From Candidatus Omnitrophota bacterium (lineage in GTDB: Bacteria > Omnitrophota > Omnitrophia > Omnitrophales > Aquincolibacteriaceae), in assembly GCA_903856085.1 (NCBI GenBank), contig CAIOAT010000047.1:20634-84633 (forward strand): DNA of 64,000 nt. The letters run 5' to 3'. This document shows, in pieces, positions 32,609 through 42,274 of this stretch. A model generated the notes under the pieces. It was not told the DNA's origin. It saw only the letters and a program-made list of their open reading frames with translations, and made no database searches. Positions within the stretch are counted from its first letter, which is position 1. Each line of letters opens with the position of its first letter. Position numbers and translations under genes: made by a program.

Positions 32609-32662
32609 TGACGGGGAACGCGCAACGGTGAGCTGCGCTTCTCGCTTCTCCAGGTTTTTTTT

Positions 32663-33268
32663 ATGATCGCCATCATTGATTACGGGATGGGCAATCTCCG
32701 CAGTGTGTCCAAGGCCCTCGAATATCTTGGCGTTTCGTACAAACTTTGCTCCCAAGGAAAAGATCTTGCTCGTGCCACAAAAGTAATACTCCCTGGGGTC
32801 GGTGCTTTTGGGGATGCGATGAAAGAGTTGCGTTCTCGGGGCTTCATCAACCCAATCCGTGAACTTGTCGCTCGCAAGGTAAAACTTATGGGCGTCTGTC
32901 TCGGCCTCCAGCTTTTTTTTGAAAAAAGCGAAGAGAATCCCGGCGTCAAGGGTTTGGGGATATTCAAAGGCGCAGTCCGGAAATTCCGTTCCACGAACGT
33001 CAAGATTCCTCATATGGGCTGGAATGATCTCAAGATCCTAAAAAAGCATCCATTGCTTGAGGGCATTCCGAGCGGGGAATATTTCTATTTCGTGCACTCA
33101 TATTTTGGGGTTCCTTCGGCCAAGGGCCTAACGCTAGCGTCCTGTAAATACGGTCGTGAGAATTTTGCGGCTGTTTTGGGAAATGGACATGTTTTTGCGA
33201 CCCAATTCCATCCTGAGAAAAGTCAGGAAGCGGGGTTGTGTATACTAAAAAATTTCGTCAGGTGGTGA
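32663..33268 (+). CDS. hisH: Imidazole glycerol phosphate synthase, glutaminase subunit
   Basis: IIDYGMGNLRSV N-terminus and the GVCLGLQ active-site Cys. Confidence 0.95.
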   Translation: MIAIIDYGMGNLRSVSKALEYLGVSYKLCSQGKDLARATKVILPGVGAFGDAMKELRSRGFINPIRELVARKVKLMGVCLGLQLFFEKSEENPGVKGLGIFKGAVRKFRSTNVKIPHMGWNDLKILKKHPLLEGIPSGEYFYFVHSYFGVPSAKGLTLASCKYGRENFAAVLGNGHVFATQFHPEKSQEAGLCILKNFVRW

Positions 33269-33269
33269 T

Positions 33270-33989
33270 ATGAACCTTTATCCGGCGATTGATCTTTACC
33301 AGGGCAAAGTCGTACGCCTCACGCAAGGCGATTATAATTCTTGTGTTGTCTATTCCAAGGACCCTGGGGCTATGGCAAAGGTTTGGGAGCAGGAAGGGGC
33401 TCAGTGGATCCATGTCGTCGACCTCGAAGGCGCAAAGACAGGATCCCTCACCAATGAGGCATCGCTCAAGGCCATTTGCCAAAGCGTCAAAGCCAAGATC
33501 CAATTTGGTGGCGGCGTGCGAAGTTTGAAGGATATCGAAACCATCCTTGGGATGGGCGTTTCGCGGGTTATTCTTGGAACCAAAGCCCTGGACAAGACCT
33601 TTTTGGAGGGCGCTCTCTTAAAATTTGGGGATAAGATCGCTGTGGGACTGGACGTGCGTCGCGACCAAGTAAAAACCGCGGGATGGATGTGCGATGGGAA
33701 CATGACGATCCGGGAAGCCTTGACGCTTTTTGATCAACTCGGCGTCTCGACACTGATATACACCGACATTGAAAAAGATGGTGTCTTAGCAGGTCCGAAT
33801 TGGGAAAAACTTGCGGTGGTGCTTGCGAACACTCAATCGCGAGTCATTTTATCAGGCGGAATCAGTCAGATTTCCGATATCGAGAAATGCCGGGACATCC
33901 GTGCGCCGAATTTTGAGGGTGTGATCATTGGTAAGGCGCTTTACGACAAACGCTTCCAGCTATCCGAGGCCGTGCGGCTCACGGCATAA
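33270..33989 (+). CDS. hisA: ProFAR isomerase HisA
   Basis: LYPAIDLYQGKVVRL N-terminus, (beta/alpha)8 pattern. Confidence 0.9.
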   Translation: MNLYPAIDLYQGKVVRLTQGDYNSCVVYSKDPGAMAKVWEQEGAQWIHVVDLEGAKTGSLTNEASLKAICQSVKAKIQFGGGVRSLKDIETILGMGVSRVILGTKALDKTFLEGALLKFGDKIAVGLDVRRDQVKTAGWMCDGNMTIREALTLFDQLGVSTLIYTDIEKDGVLAGPNWEKLAVVLANTQSRVILSGGISQISDIEKCRDIRAPNFEGVIIGKALYDKRFQLSEAVRLTA

Positions 33990-34005
33990 TGGGGGAAAGA
34001 GATTT

Positions 34006-34410
34006 ATGGATAACCTTACGAACCTTTGGAATATGATCCTCACGCAACGCACCTGGTCTTGGGCCGTGATCGGAATCGGATATCTCCTCGCGTTTCTTTT
34101 GGCGAGAAGTTTTTTTCTGTACGGACTTATCAAACGCGGCCGATCCCTTAACTCCAAGTGGTACCATGAGATCAAAAAGATCTACATGAAAAAGTGTCTT
34201 GCCGGATGGATCCTGTTCCTAATCTCATTCCTGATCTTGATCTTTTTTTGGCAAACCGCGAACTTCAAACAAGCCTCGCTCTACGAGGTCGGCATGCTCT
34301 TCCTGATTATCTTGACCGTTCTATTTGCAATCATGTCCCACTTGATAGCATTCGGCAATTCTGTGATCCATGTTCTCAAACAACTTGAGAACAACCAAAT
34401 GACCCTTTGA
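34006..34410 (+). CDS. Small integral membrane protein (3 predicted TM helices) inserted between hisA and hisF
   Basis: ATG at 34006 preceded by a G-rich RBS; three hydrophobic segments; no recognisable family. Confidence 0.5.
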   Translation: MDNLTNLWNMILTQRTWSWAVIGIGYLLAFLLARSFFLYGLIKRGRSLNSKWYHEIKKIYMKKCLAGWILFLISFLILIFFWQTANFKQASLYEVGMLFLIILTVLFAIMSHLIAFGNSVIHVLKQLENNQMTL

Positions 34411-34413
34411 TCC

Positions 34414-35172
34414 ATGTTCGCCCGACGCATCATCCCATGTCTTGATATTGACCGTGGCAGGGTCGTAAAAGGTGTCAAATTTGTATCCCTGAAGGACGCG
34501 GGCGATCCTGTGTCTTGCGCCCAAGCTTATGATCAGCAGAAAGCCGATGAGCTGGTTTTCCTCGACATTACGGCTTCTCATGAAAAACGTCGCACGATGA
34601 TCGATGTCGCCGAGAAAGTTGCCGCCACGATTTTTATTCCATTTACAGTCGGGGGTGGCATCAACAAAGTTCAGGATATCCGCGAACTCCTTGCAACAGG
34701 CTGTGATAAGGTTTCTATCAACACAAGCGCCATCAAAAACCCAAAGTTCATTCTGGAAGCCAGCAAGCGATTTGGCAGCCAATGCATCGTGGTCGCAATT
34801 GACGCAAAACGCGAAACGAAGGATCGTTGGGGTGTTTACACGCACGGCGGTCGAAATCCTGCAGGACTTGATGCGATCCAGTGGGCAAAAAAAGCTGCGA
34901 AGCTTGGTGCGGGGGAGATCCTTCTCACGAGCATGGATTGTGACGGCACGAAGGACGGCTACGATCTTGAACTTACGCGCCGCGTCTCCGAATCAGTCCG
35001 CATTCCGGTCATTGCCTCGGGCGGAGCTGGAAACTTGAATCATCTCTATGAAGCCTTCACCGCCGGCAAAGCCGATGCGTGCCTCGCAGCCTCCATTTTT
35101 CACTTCGGAGAATTCACCATCCCTGAGACCAAGGCCTTCCTCCGGGCCAAAGGTATTCCCGTTCGACTTTGA
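34414..35172 (+). CDS. hisF: Imidazole glycerol phosphate synthase, cyclase subunit
   Basis: [17 protein letters not shown]-terminus and a GAGE...TSMDCDGT motif. Confidence 0.95.
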   Translation: MFARRIIPCLDIDRGRVVKGVKFVSLKDAGDPVSCAQAYDQQKADELVFLDITASHEKRRTMIDVAEKVAATIFIPFTVGGGINKVQDIRELLATGCDKVSINTSAIKNPKFILEASKRFGSQCIVVAIDAKRETKDRWGVYTHGGRNPAGLDAIQWAKKAAKLGAGEILLTSMDCDGTKDGYDLELTRRVSESVRIPVIASGGAGNLNHLYEAFTAGKADACLAASIFHFGEFTIPETKAFLRAKGIPVRL

Positions 35173-35981
35173 TCCCTCTTATGTCCAAGAAAGTCTTCTT
35201 TGTCCTAGCTGTTTCCATCCTCTGCGGGTGCGCTTCTTTTCCAAAAACACCGGCGATCACGTTGAATGTCGAAAAACTATCCCCTGAGCATATTGCAGAA
35301 GTCAAAGCGCTTGTCGCCAAACTCGAGCCTTTCATTCATACAAAGGACCAGGCGGGAAGACTTCCGATGCTCACCTTTAAAGAATTGGAGTCTCCTTTAA
35401 ATGCCAGTGAAAAACGATTCCTGCGCTCATTTCGAGATCTCGAAGCCGCGACGGTCGGGGTTAGGATTCCGTTTCATGGGATTTCGCAGGGAAACAATGA
35501 TTTGGTGCGGTTGGACGGACAGAAGATCCGACTTCATGGAAAATGGACAGAGCTTCCTCCGCAATTTCTGAGTCCTCAGGTTTATCCATCTTACCAGTTC
35601 ATGATGCGTGCTATGGAACGCGCTATAGGAAAACGGCTTTTCGTGGAATCCGGGTATCGCTCAAGCGCCCATCAGCTATATCTTTTTATCTTCTATCTCA
35701 GCAACCATGATTATTCCATTCGCGAAACCGTGAAATGGGTCGCTTTGCCCGGCTACAGCGAGCATGGGGATCCCGAACATTTGGCGATCGATTTCATCAA
35801 CGAGGATGGAATCAACGGGGAGGAGAATGTCGCAGAATTTGAGGATCTGCAAGAATATCAGTGGCTCCTGGAGAACGCCGGACGCTTCGGATTCGTCCTG
35901 TCTTATCCCAAAAATGCTCCGGCAGGGATCACCTACGAGCCATGGCATTGGCGTTACGACAGCATTTCGCGGCCCCGTTAA
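35169..35981 (+). CDS. Peptidase M15B family (VanY / LdcB-like D-Ala-D-Ala or LD-carboxypeptidase) lipoprotein, inserted between hisF and hisI
   Basis: Lipobox LCGC; [19 protein letters not shown] (SxHxxGxAxD) and EPWHWRY motifs characteristic of VanY/LdcB zinc peptidases. Confidence 0.7.
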   Translation: MIPLMSKKVFFVLAVSILCGCASFPKTPAITLNVEKLSPEHIAEVKALVAKLEPFIHTKDQAGRLPMLTFKELESPLNASEKRFLRSFRDLEAATVGVRIPFHGISQGNNDLVRLDGQKIRLHGKWTELPPQFLSPQVYPSYQFMMRAMERAIGKRLFVESGYRSSAHQLYLFIFYLSNHDYSIRETVKWVALPGYSEHGDPEHLAIDFINEDGINGEENVAEFEDLQEYQWLLENAGRFGFVLSYPKNAPAGITYEPWHWRYDSISRPR

Positions 35982-36115
35982 TCCTGAATTCATGTCGCTT
36001 CAGGAAAAGTGTATCCCCTTGACACATAGTTCATTTGTGGCATACTCGACGTCACTTCAGTAAAGAAGAATGTAATTTTGCCGTAACTCCATTATTCAAA
36101 GGAGAATACATCCAA

Positions 36116-36496
36116 ATGGAAGACCTCAAATATAACGCTCAGGGATTGTTGCCAGTCATTATTCAAGACGCTCATTCCGGTGAAGTTCTTATGCTGGCTT
36201 ACATGGATAAAGTCGCTGTGGAGCGCACTTTGAAAGAGAAACACACTGTTTTTTATTCCCGGTCTCGCAATAAATATTGGGTGAAGGGGGAGGAGTCGGG
36301 CCACACGCAAGGCGTCGTGCAAGTGCTTACGGACTGCGACAAAGACACTCTGCTTGTCCGTGTAACCCAAAATAAGGGCGGGGCGTGCCATCTTGGTTAT
36401 CGCACCTGCTTCGTTCATGAAATGAATGAGCAGGGAGATGTCGTGAAGATCACGCAAGAGAAAGTCTTTGACCCGGAAAAGATTTATAAAAAATGA
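36116..36496 (+). CDS. hisI: Phosphoribosyl-AMP cyclohydrolase
   Basis: LLPVIIQD ... VLMLAYMDKVAVERT ... SRSRNKYW ... C-x-H-C pattern. A monofunctional HisI with no HisE moiety. Confidence 0.9.
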   Translation: MEDLKYNAQGLLPVIIQDAHSGEVLMLAYMDKVAVERTLKEKHTVFYSRSRNKYWVKGEESGHTQGVVQVLTDCDKDTLLVRVTQNKGGACHLGYRTCFVHEMNEQGDVVKITQEKVFDPEKIYKK

Positions 36497-37965
36497 TCGC
36501 TCCTGATATTGTCACTTTCACAAAACTGGCGCGCAAAGGAAATATTGTTGCGCTCTCCGAGACATTTCCCGCGGATCTCGAGACGCCGGTCTCTAGCTTT
36601 CTGAAGATCAGCCAGAAAGCACGTCATGCATTCCTTCTTGAATCCGCGGAGCAGGAAGAGAAGATCGGTCGTTTTTCATTTCTGGGAATTGAGCCGGCTG
36701 CCGTTTATGAATCCTCCGGAGAAAATGTCGCGATTACAGCACGGGGAAGCAAACGGATTCTAAAGAATGCCAAGCTTTTGGATGTGATCGAGGCGGAACT
36801 TTCCACGCGTAAACTGGCTAATCCCGAGGCCTTCCCGGGATTTCGTGGTGGGTTCGTGGGTTATCTTGCCTATGAGAATGTCCGCGATTTTGAGACCGTC
36901 CGGCTTGCGAAGAAAAAAGGACCCGGATTTCCTCTGGGTATCTTTTTCCGCATCGAAGATTTTCTCGTATTTGACCATTTTCGCAAGACCCTTTCAGTCG
37001 TCATCCTCGTGAATCTGAAAAAGGCCCAAAACGCGGAGACTGCTTACAAAAATGCCCTCAGGCAGATGGCGAAATACAAAAGCCTTCTTCAGAAACCGCT
37101 GCGTGTACCCGCGATGACAAGGGCAGCATCACTACCTGAAGTGCAATCAAACATGTCACGCAAAAGCTATGAATCCAAAGTCAAACGGATCAAGGAATAC
37201 ATCCGCGCCGGAGATTGCATTCAGGTCGTATTGTCGCAACGTTTCCAACTCGCGCATCACGGCCACGATTTTCAGATCTACCGCTCGCTGAGGTCCATCA
37301 ACCCCTCACCTTATATGTTCTATTTTAGAAGCGGACCGTTCCGTCTGATCGGCTCCTCGCCCGAAATGCTCGTCAAAAAAACAAGGCGCATGGCGGAGGT
37401 CCGGCCCATCGCTGGCACGCGACCGCGAGGACTTACGGAGCAACAAGACATGCAGTATGAAAAACAGTTGCGGTCTTCAGTGAAGGAAATGGCGGAGCAT
37501 CTCATGCTTGTTGATCTCGGCCGCAACGATCTCGGCCGCGTTTCGGATTTTAAATCGGTCAAAGTTGAACGTTTTGCTTTTGTCGAGCGCTATTCCCATG
37601 TGATGCATTTGGTCAGCCGGGTACAGAGCAAGCTCAAGGCGGGAAAGTCGGCGATGGATCTTTTGCGCGCAACCTTTCCGGCCGGAACGCTTTCCGGCGC
37701 ACCCAAGGTACGCGCCATGCAGATCATTGACGAACTCGAACCTGAGGCTCGAGGCCCTTACGGCGGCTGTCTCGGCTATTTCGGTTTTGACGGGGACATG
37801 GACATGTGTATTACGATTCGAACTCTGATGCTTCATAAAGACAGGATTTTTCTCCAAGCCGGGGCCGGGATCGTCAAAGATTCGGACCCGGGACGGGAAT
37901 ACGAGGAAACGGTCAATAAATCCAAAGCTTTGATCAAGGCCATTGAAGAGAGGTTTCTTTTCTAA
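36493..37965 (+). CDS. trpE: Anthranilate synthase component I
   Basis: LMLVDLGRNDLGRV motif plus a C-terminal chorismate-binding domain. Confidence 0.95.
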   Translation: MIAPDIVTFTKLARKGNIVALSETFPADLETPVSSFLKISQKARHAFLLESAEQEEKIGRFSFLGIEPAAVYESSGENVAITARGSKRILKNAKLLDVIEAELSTRKLANPEAFPGFRGGFVGYLAYENVRDFETVRLAKKKGPGFPLGIFFRIEDFLVFDHFRKTLSVVILVNLKKAQNAETAYKNALRQMAKYKSLLQKPLRVPAMTRAASLPEVQSNMSRKSYESKVKRIKEYIRAGDCIQVVLSQRFQLAHHGHDFQIYRSLRSINPSPYMFYFRSGPFRLIGSSPEMLVKKTRRMAEVRPIAGTRPRGLTEQQDMQYEKQLRSSVKEMAEHLMLVDLGRNDLGRVSDFKSVKVERFAFVERYSHVMHLVSRVQSKLKAGKSAMDLLRATFPAGTLSGAPKVRAMQIIDELEPEARGPYGGCLGYFGFDGDMDMCITIRTLMLHKDRIFLQAGAGIVKDSDPGREYEETVNKSKALIKAIEERFLF

Positions 37966-38041
37966 TACGGCATTCCTATAATTTAAAAGGGCTCGCAGTA
38001 CTGTAGCGTTAACGCTTTAAATCAAACGGAGAACGGTATTA

Positions 38042-38611
38042 ATGCTCCTGGTCATCGATAATTACGATTCTTTCACCTACAATCTGGTCCAATATCTCGG
38101 AGAGCTCGGCGCGAACCCGCGTGTCTGGCGTAACGACGAGATCACGATTTCAAAAATCAAACGCCTGCGTCCCAAGCGCATCGTCATTTCGCCGGGACCT
38201 AAAACGCCCAAAGAAGCTGGGATCTCCTGCGAGGTGATACGGACTTTTAGCGGTAAGGTTCCGATCCTGGGTGTCTGCTTAGGCCATCAGTCGATAGGAT
38301 ACGTTTTTGGCGGCAAAGTCATCCGCGCAGCTAATATCATGCATGGCAAGACGTCCAAGATTTATCACGACAAGGATCCTCTCTTTAAAGGGATTCCGAA
38401 TCCGTTCGTCGCCACTCGCTATCACTCACTTCTCGTTGAAAAAAAATCACTACCTGACACGCTCGAGATCACGGCTTGGACTCGGGAGCAGGAAATCATG
38501 GGGCTCAAGCATAAATCCCATCCGACCTGGGGCGTTCAATTTCATCCCGAATCCATCATGACTGCCTCCGGCATGCAGCTACTCAAAAACTTTCTGGACC
38601 TTTCCAAGTGA
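38042..38611 (+). CDS. trpG: Anthranilate synthase component II (glutamine amidotransferase)
   Basis: [19 protein letters not shown]-terminus, GVCLGHQ active-site Cys, and HSL. Confidence 0.9.
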   Translation: MLLVIDNYDSFTYNLVQYLGELGANPRVWRNDEITISKIKRLRPKRIVISPGPKTPKEAGISCEVIRTFSGKVPILGVCLGHQSIGYVFGGKVIRAANIMHGKTSKIYHDKDPLFKGIPNPFVATRYHSLLVEKKSLPDTLEITAWTREQEIMGLKHKSHPTWGVQFHPESIMTASGMQLLKNFLDLSK

Positions 38612-39651
38612 TCAAAAAATCTGAACAAAAGGACCAGTCCTGGTTCAACGGACTTTTGCTCAAGCTCATCACGGGGCGGTCGCTGTCGCTTGCGGACGCT
38701 CGAAAATTCTTCCGGCTTCTTTTTATTGGAGTCATTCCGTTCACGAAAGCCAAAAGCTTTTTGCTTCTTCTTGCACAAAAAGGGGAGACGGCTGAAGAAC
38801 TTCTCGGTTGTCTTCAGGCGCTCCAAGCCCTCGAAAAACCTATCGGACCCAAAATCCAAGGACTCATGGACACATGTGGCACCGGAGGAGATGGTCGGCA
38901 AACGATCAATATTTCAACCCTGGTAGCCCTGGTCATCGCAGGAGCGGGAGGGAAGATCGCCAAGCATGGCAATCGTGCGATCTCCTCAAAATCCGGAAGC
39001 TCCGATCTCATGGAAGCCTTTGGCGTCAAACTCGACACGCCCCCAAAAAAGATCATCGCTGCTATTAAAAGCTCCGGCCTTGGCTATTTTCACGCACCTT
39101 TTCATCATCCCATTTTTGCCAAGATGCACCCATTGCGTAAAGCTTTGAAGCGGAGGACCATCTTGAACATGCTCGGACCTTTAGTCAATCCGATGCGCCT
39201 GGATCATCAGCTCGTGGGCGTTTCCGAAAAGCGAATGCTTCCGCTTTACGCCAAAGTTCTTTCAAAATCAGGCCTTAAAAACGCTCTTGTATGTCACAGC
39301 GGCGACGGAATGGACGAGATCTCCACTTCGGTGCCAACAACGGTCGCCTGGGTGACACCGAACAACATACGGATGTCTTTGATCCGGCCGAAAATTTATT
39401 GCCTCAAGAATGCGACACTGAAGCATCTTTGGGTCAATTCGGTCGAAAAAAGCAAGCGCCGAGCCCAAAACATTTTGGCTGGAAAAGAAAAAGGGCCTGC
39501 GCGCGACACGATCATTCTGAATGCTGCCTACGGACTTTTGCTTTGTGGAAAAACGGATTCTGTCCATGAGGGTATCGCGCTCGCCCAAGAGTCCATCGAT
39601 TCAGGAAGAGCTTTACAATCCCTGAATCTACTTAAAGCTCGGACAAATTGA
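38608..39651 (+). CDS. trpD: Anthranilate phosphoribosyltransferase
   Basis: DTCGTGGDG motif and NISTL. Confidence 0.95.
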   Translation: MIKKSEQKDQSWFNGLLLKLITGRSLSLADARKFFRLLFIGVIPFTKAKSFLLLLAQKGETAEELLGCLQALQALEKPIGPKIQGLMDTCGTGGDGRQTINISTLVALVIAGAGGKIAKHGNRAISSKSGSSDLMEAFGVKLDTPPKKIIAAIKSSGLGYFHAPFHHPIFAKMHPLRKALKRRTILNMLGPLVNPMRLDHQLVGVSEKRMLPLYAKVLSKSGLKNALVCHSGDGMDEISTSVPTTVAWVTPNNIRMSLIRPKIYCLKNATLKHLWVNSVEKSKRRAQNILAGKEKGPARDTIILNAAYGLLLCGKTDSVHEGIALAQESIDSGRALQSLNLLKARTN

Positions 39652-39652
39652 T

Positions 39653-40465
39653 ATGATCCTGAACGATATCCTTCTCCAGAAACGGAAAGACCTCGACGAG
39701 TTGAAGCAGCGCATGCCGCTCGTGCGTCTCCAGCGCATTATTGAAAAAGCCGAACGGCCAAAACCTCGATCTTTCCGCAACGCGCTCTTGTCCACACGGC
39801 ACCTCAACATCATCGCCGAACTTAAAAAGGCATCGCCCTCCGAAGGAGTGCTGCGCGAGAACTTTCAACCCCTTCGCATCGCGAGCTTGTATGAATATGC
39901 CGGCGCCTGCGCCATCTCGGTCTTGACAGAGCCCCATTTTTTCAAAGGACGACCCAGTTATCTTAAGACCGTTCGCCAAGTGACGCGGCTGCCGCTTTTA
40001 AGAAAGGATTTCATTTTTGATCGGTTTCAACTTTACGAAACCGCTCTTTTGGAAGCCGACGCGTTCCTCTTGATTGCCTCGATCCTGAGTGAAGAGGAAT
40101 TGAAAGACCTAGTCGCGCTTGGAAAAGAACTCCAGATGGACGCTCTGGTTGAAGTCCATTCAGACGCAGAACTCAAAAAAGCCGTAGGTGCCGGCGCCAC
40201 CATTATCGGGATCAACAATCGGGATCTCAAAACACTCAAAGTCGATCCGGAGCGCGCCAAGCAGCTGATCCCGCATATTCCGAAGGGGACTGCCATCGTG
40301 GTGGAAAGCGGTCTCAGCACGCACGAGGAACTGATGACGTATAAAAGTCTCGGGGCTAACGCTTTTCTCATCGGATCAACTTTGATGCGATCCCCAGATA
40401 TCACCGCCACGCTCCAGAAGCTTCTTGGGAAAAAAGAGGTTTCTATTGCGGAGGAATCTGTATGA
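39653..40465 (+). CDS. trpC: Indole-3-glycerol phosphate synthase
   Basis: IIAELKKASPSEGVL motif. Confidence 0.95.
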   Translation: MILNDILLQKRKDLDELKQRMPLVRLQRIIEKAERPKPRSFRNALLSTRHLNIIAELKKASPSEGVLRENFQPLRIASLYEYAGACAISVLTEPHFFKGRPSYLKTVRQVTRLPLLRKDFIFDRFQLYETALLEADAFLLIASILSEEELKDLVALGKELQMDALVEVHSDAELKKAVGAGATIIGINNRDLKTLKVDPERAKQLIPHIPKGTAIVVESGLSTHEELMTYKSLGANAFLIGSTLMRSPDITATLQKLLGKKEVSIAEESV

Positions 40466-41109
40466 CCCGAGTCAAGATCTGCGGCAATACAAATTACGAA
40501 CATGCGCGGCTAGCTGTCGATCTTGGAGCAGACTATCTCGGCTTTATTTTTGTTCCCTCGAGCAAGCGTGTGATCGCGGTCGAAAAGGCAGCGGAAATTC
40601 TCACGAAGCTCGCGGACTTTGAAAATACTGTCGGAGTCTTTTGTAATCAGCCTAAAAAAGAAGTGGCCTTGATCGCCGAACGTCTTCAGCTTAAATTCCT
40701 CCAGTTCCACGGCGAGGAAACTGCGCTTTACTGCGATTCATTCATGCAGAAGGGTTATGAAATCATCAAGACCTTTCATGTGAAAGACGCCATGAGCCTG
40801 AAACGGATCGGTGAATACAATGTCAGCGCGTTTCTTTTTGACACGTATTCACATTCCGAGAAAGGCGGCTCCGGCATACCGTTTGACTGGAGCATCATAG
40901 AAGACAAGCCGTATGTTCACGACAAACTGTTCCTGGCAGGAGGACTCAACGCGCTCAATGTGGTGCAAGCCATTGAAAAGGTTCGTCCGTTTGCCGTCGA
41001 TGTCGCGAGCGGCGTCGAGTCCGCTTCCGGCGCAAAAGACCCCGTCTTGCTGCGAGCTTTCATTGAGAATGCCAAGGAAGTGAAAGAAAGCCATGAGCGA
41101 AAAGCTTGA
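40462..41109 (+). CDS. trpF: Phosphoribosylanthranilate isomerase
   Basis: VKICGNT N-terminus and LAGGLN. Confidence 0.9.
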   Translation: MTRVKICGNTNYEHARLAVDLGADYLGFIFVPSSKRVIAVEKAAEILTKLADFENTVGVFCNQPKKEVALIAERLQLKFLQFHGEETALYCDSFMQKGYEIIKTFHVKDAMSLKRIGEYNVSAFLFDTYSHSEKGGSGIPFDWSIIEDKPYVHDKLFLAGGLNALNVVQAIEKVRPFAVDVASGVESASGAKDPVLLRAFIENAKEVKESHERKA

Positions 41110-42274
41110 TTTTGTAAAACGATTAAAGCCACGCCTGCAACAAATCGAAAAAGATTCGCTCTACCTCAAGCTTCTTGAGGCTACCCAGCAAAATCTCCAG
41201 CTTGAAGACATATGCGAAAGCCTGGAAGAGGGCATCGTCATTACGGACGGGAAAGGGCATCCAGTTTTTGTCAACCGAAAGGCTGATGACTGGCTCGGAG
41301 GTGTCCGCACTGCTGCAAAGCAGCCCATCTGGAATCAGACTCAGGATCCGTCCTTTGCGTCCTTTCTGAAAGAGAATGTAGTGACCGCCCGAACCCGCAC
41401 GGTCCATGATGTCAGGATTCTTTCGCCGCGGGAAATGCAACTCCGCATCACGATTCTCCCGCGAGAAGAGGATGTGAAAATGAATTTCGTCATACTCCTT
41501 TCGGACATTACATCGCGTGCGGAACAGGGATTCGAAGCTGCCATGCTCTCCCGCATGGAAAGCCTGGTGCGACTTGCCGGCGGCATCGCTCATGAGATCG
41601 GCAACCCGCTCAACGCCATTACGATCCATCTGGAACTTTTAAAAAAACGCCTCGCTGGACTTCCCGACAATAAGCGAAAGGAGATCGCCGATTCATTGAG
41701 CGATATTCAGGATGAGACGCGGCGACTTGATCGCATCATCCGGAATTTCCTCAAGGCTACACGCAAACCGCCGCTTCGCTTCCGGTTGGATGATCTGAAC
41801 GAAGTGATTGCCGATGCTCTCTCTTTCCTAAAACCGCAGCTAGACGTCGCGAAGATCCTCGTAAAATTCTCGAAAGATAAAGGACTGCCGCCATTCCTGA
41901 TGGATCGAGAGCGTCTTTATTATGCATTTATGAACATGATCAAGAACGCCTTGGAGGCCATGCCTCACGGAGGGATGCTCAAGATAGCGATTACACGCAA
42001 GCAAAATTGCGCCATCGTTGCCATTGCGGACACGGGCTGTGGTATTGCTGAGAAAGATCTCGTCAGGATCTTTGACATCTATTACACCACCAAACCGGAG
42101 GGATCGGGACTCGGTCTTATGATGGTCTATGACGCCATAGCCGAACATGGCGGAAAGATCGAGGTTGCAAGCAAATTGAACAAGGGGACCGTATTCAAGG
42201 TGCTGTTACCTATCCGAGAACCCCAACTGCAATTACCGGATTACCATTCTAGGGAGGTTGATCGCCATGTTTGA
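41093..42274 (+). CDS. Sensor histidine kinase (PAS + HisKA + HATPase_c), cytoplasmic
   Basis: H-box HEIGNPLNAI and the N / G1 / G2 boxes (NALEAM, DTGCGI, GSGLGL). No TM segments. Confidence 0.85.
   Translation: MSEKLDFVKRLKPRLQQIEKDSLYLKLLEATQQNLQLEDICESLEEGIVITDGKGHPVFVNRKADDWLGGVRTAAKQPIWNQTQDPSFASFLKENVVTARTRTVHDVRILSPREMQLRITILPREEDVKMNFVILLSDITSRAEQGFEAAMLSRMESLVRLAGGIAHEIGNPLNAITIHLELLKKRLAGLPDNKRKEIADSLSDIQDETRRLDRIIRNFLKATRKPPLRFRLDDLNEVIADALSFLKPQLDVAKILVKFSKDKGLPPFLMDRERLYYAFMNMIKNALEAMPHGGMLKIAITRKQNCAIVAIADTGCGIAEKDLVRIFDIYYTTKPEGSGLGLMMVYDAIAEHGGKIEVASKLNKGTVFKVLLPIREPQLQLPDYHSREVDRHV

Noticed and set aside
32609-32662. Possible intrinsic terminator between hisB and hisH (GCGCA-acggtgagc-TGCGC followed by a T8 run).
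   Set aside because: The stem is only 5 bp and the T-run directly abuts the hisH start codon. More likely this is a weak structure plus the RBS region; reported only here.
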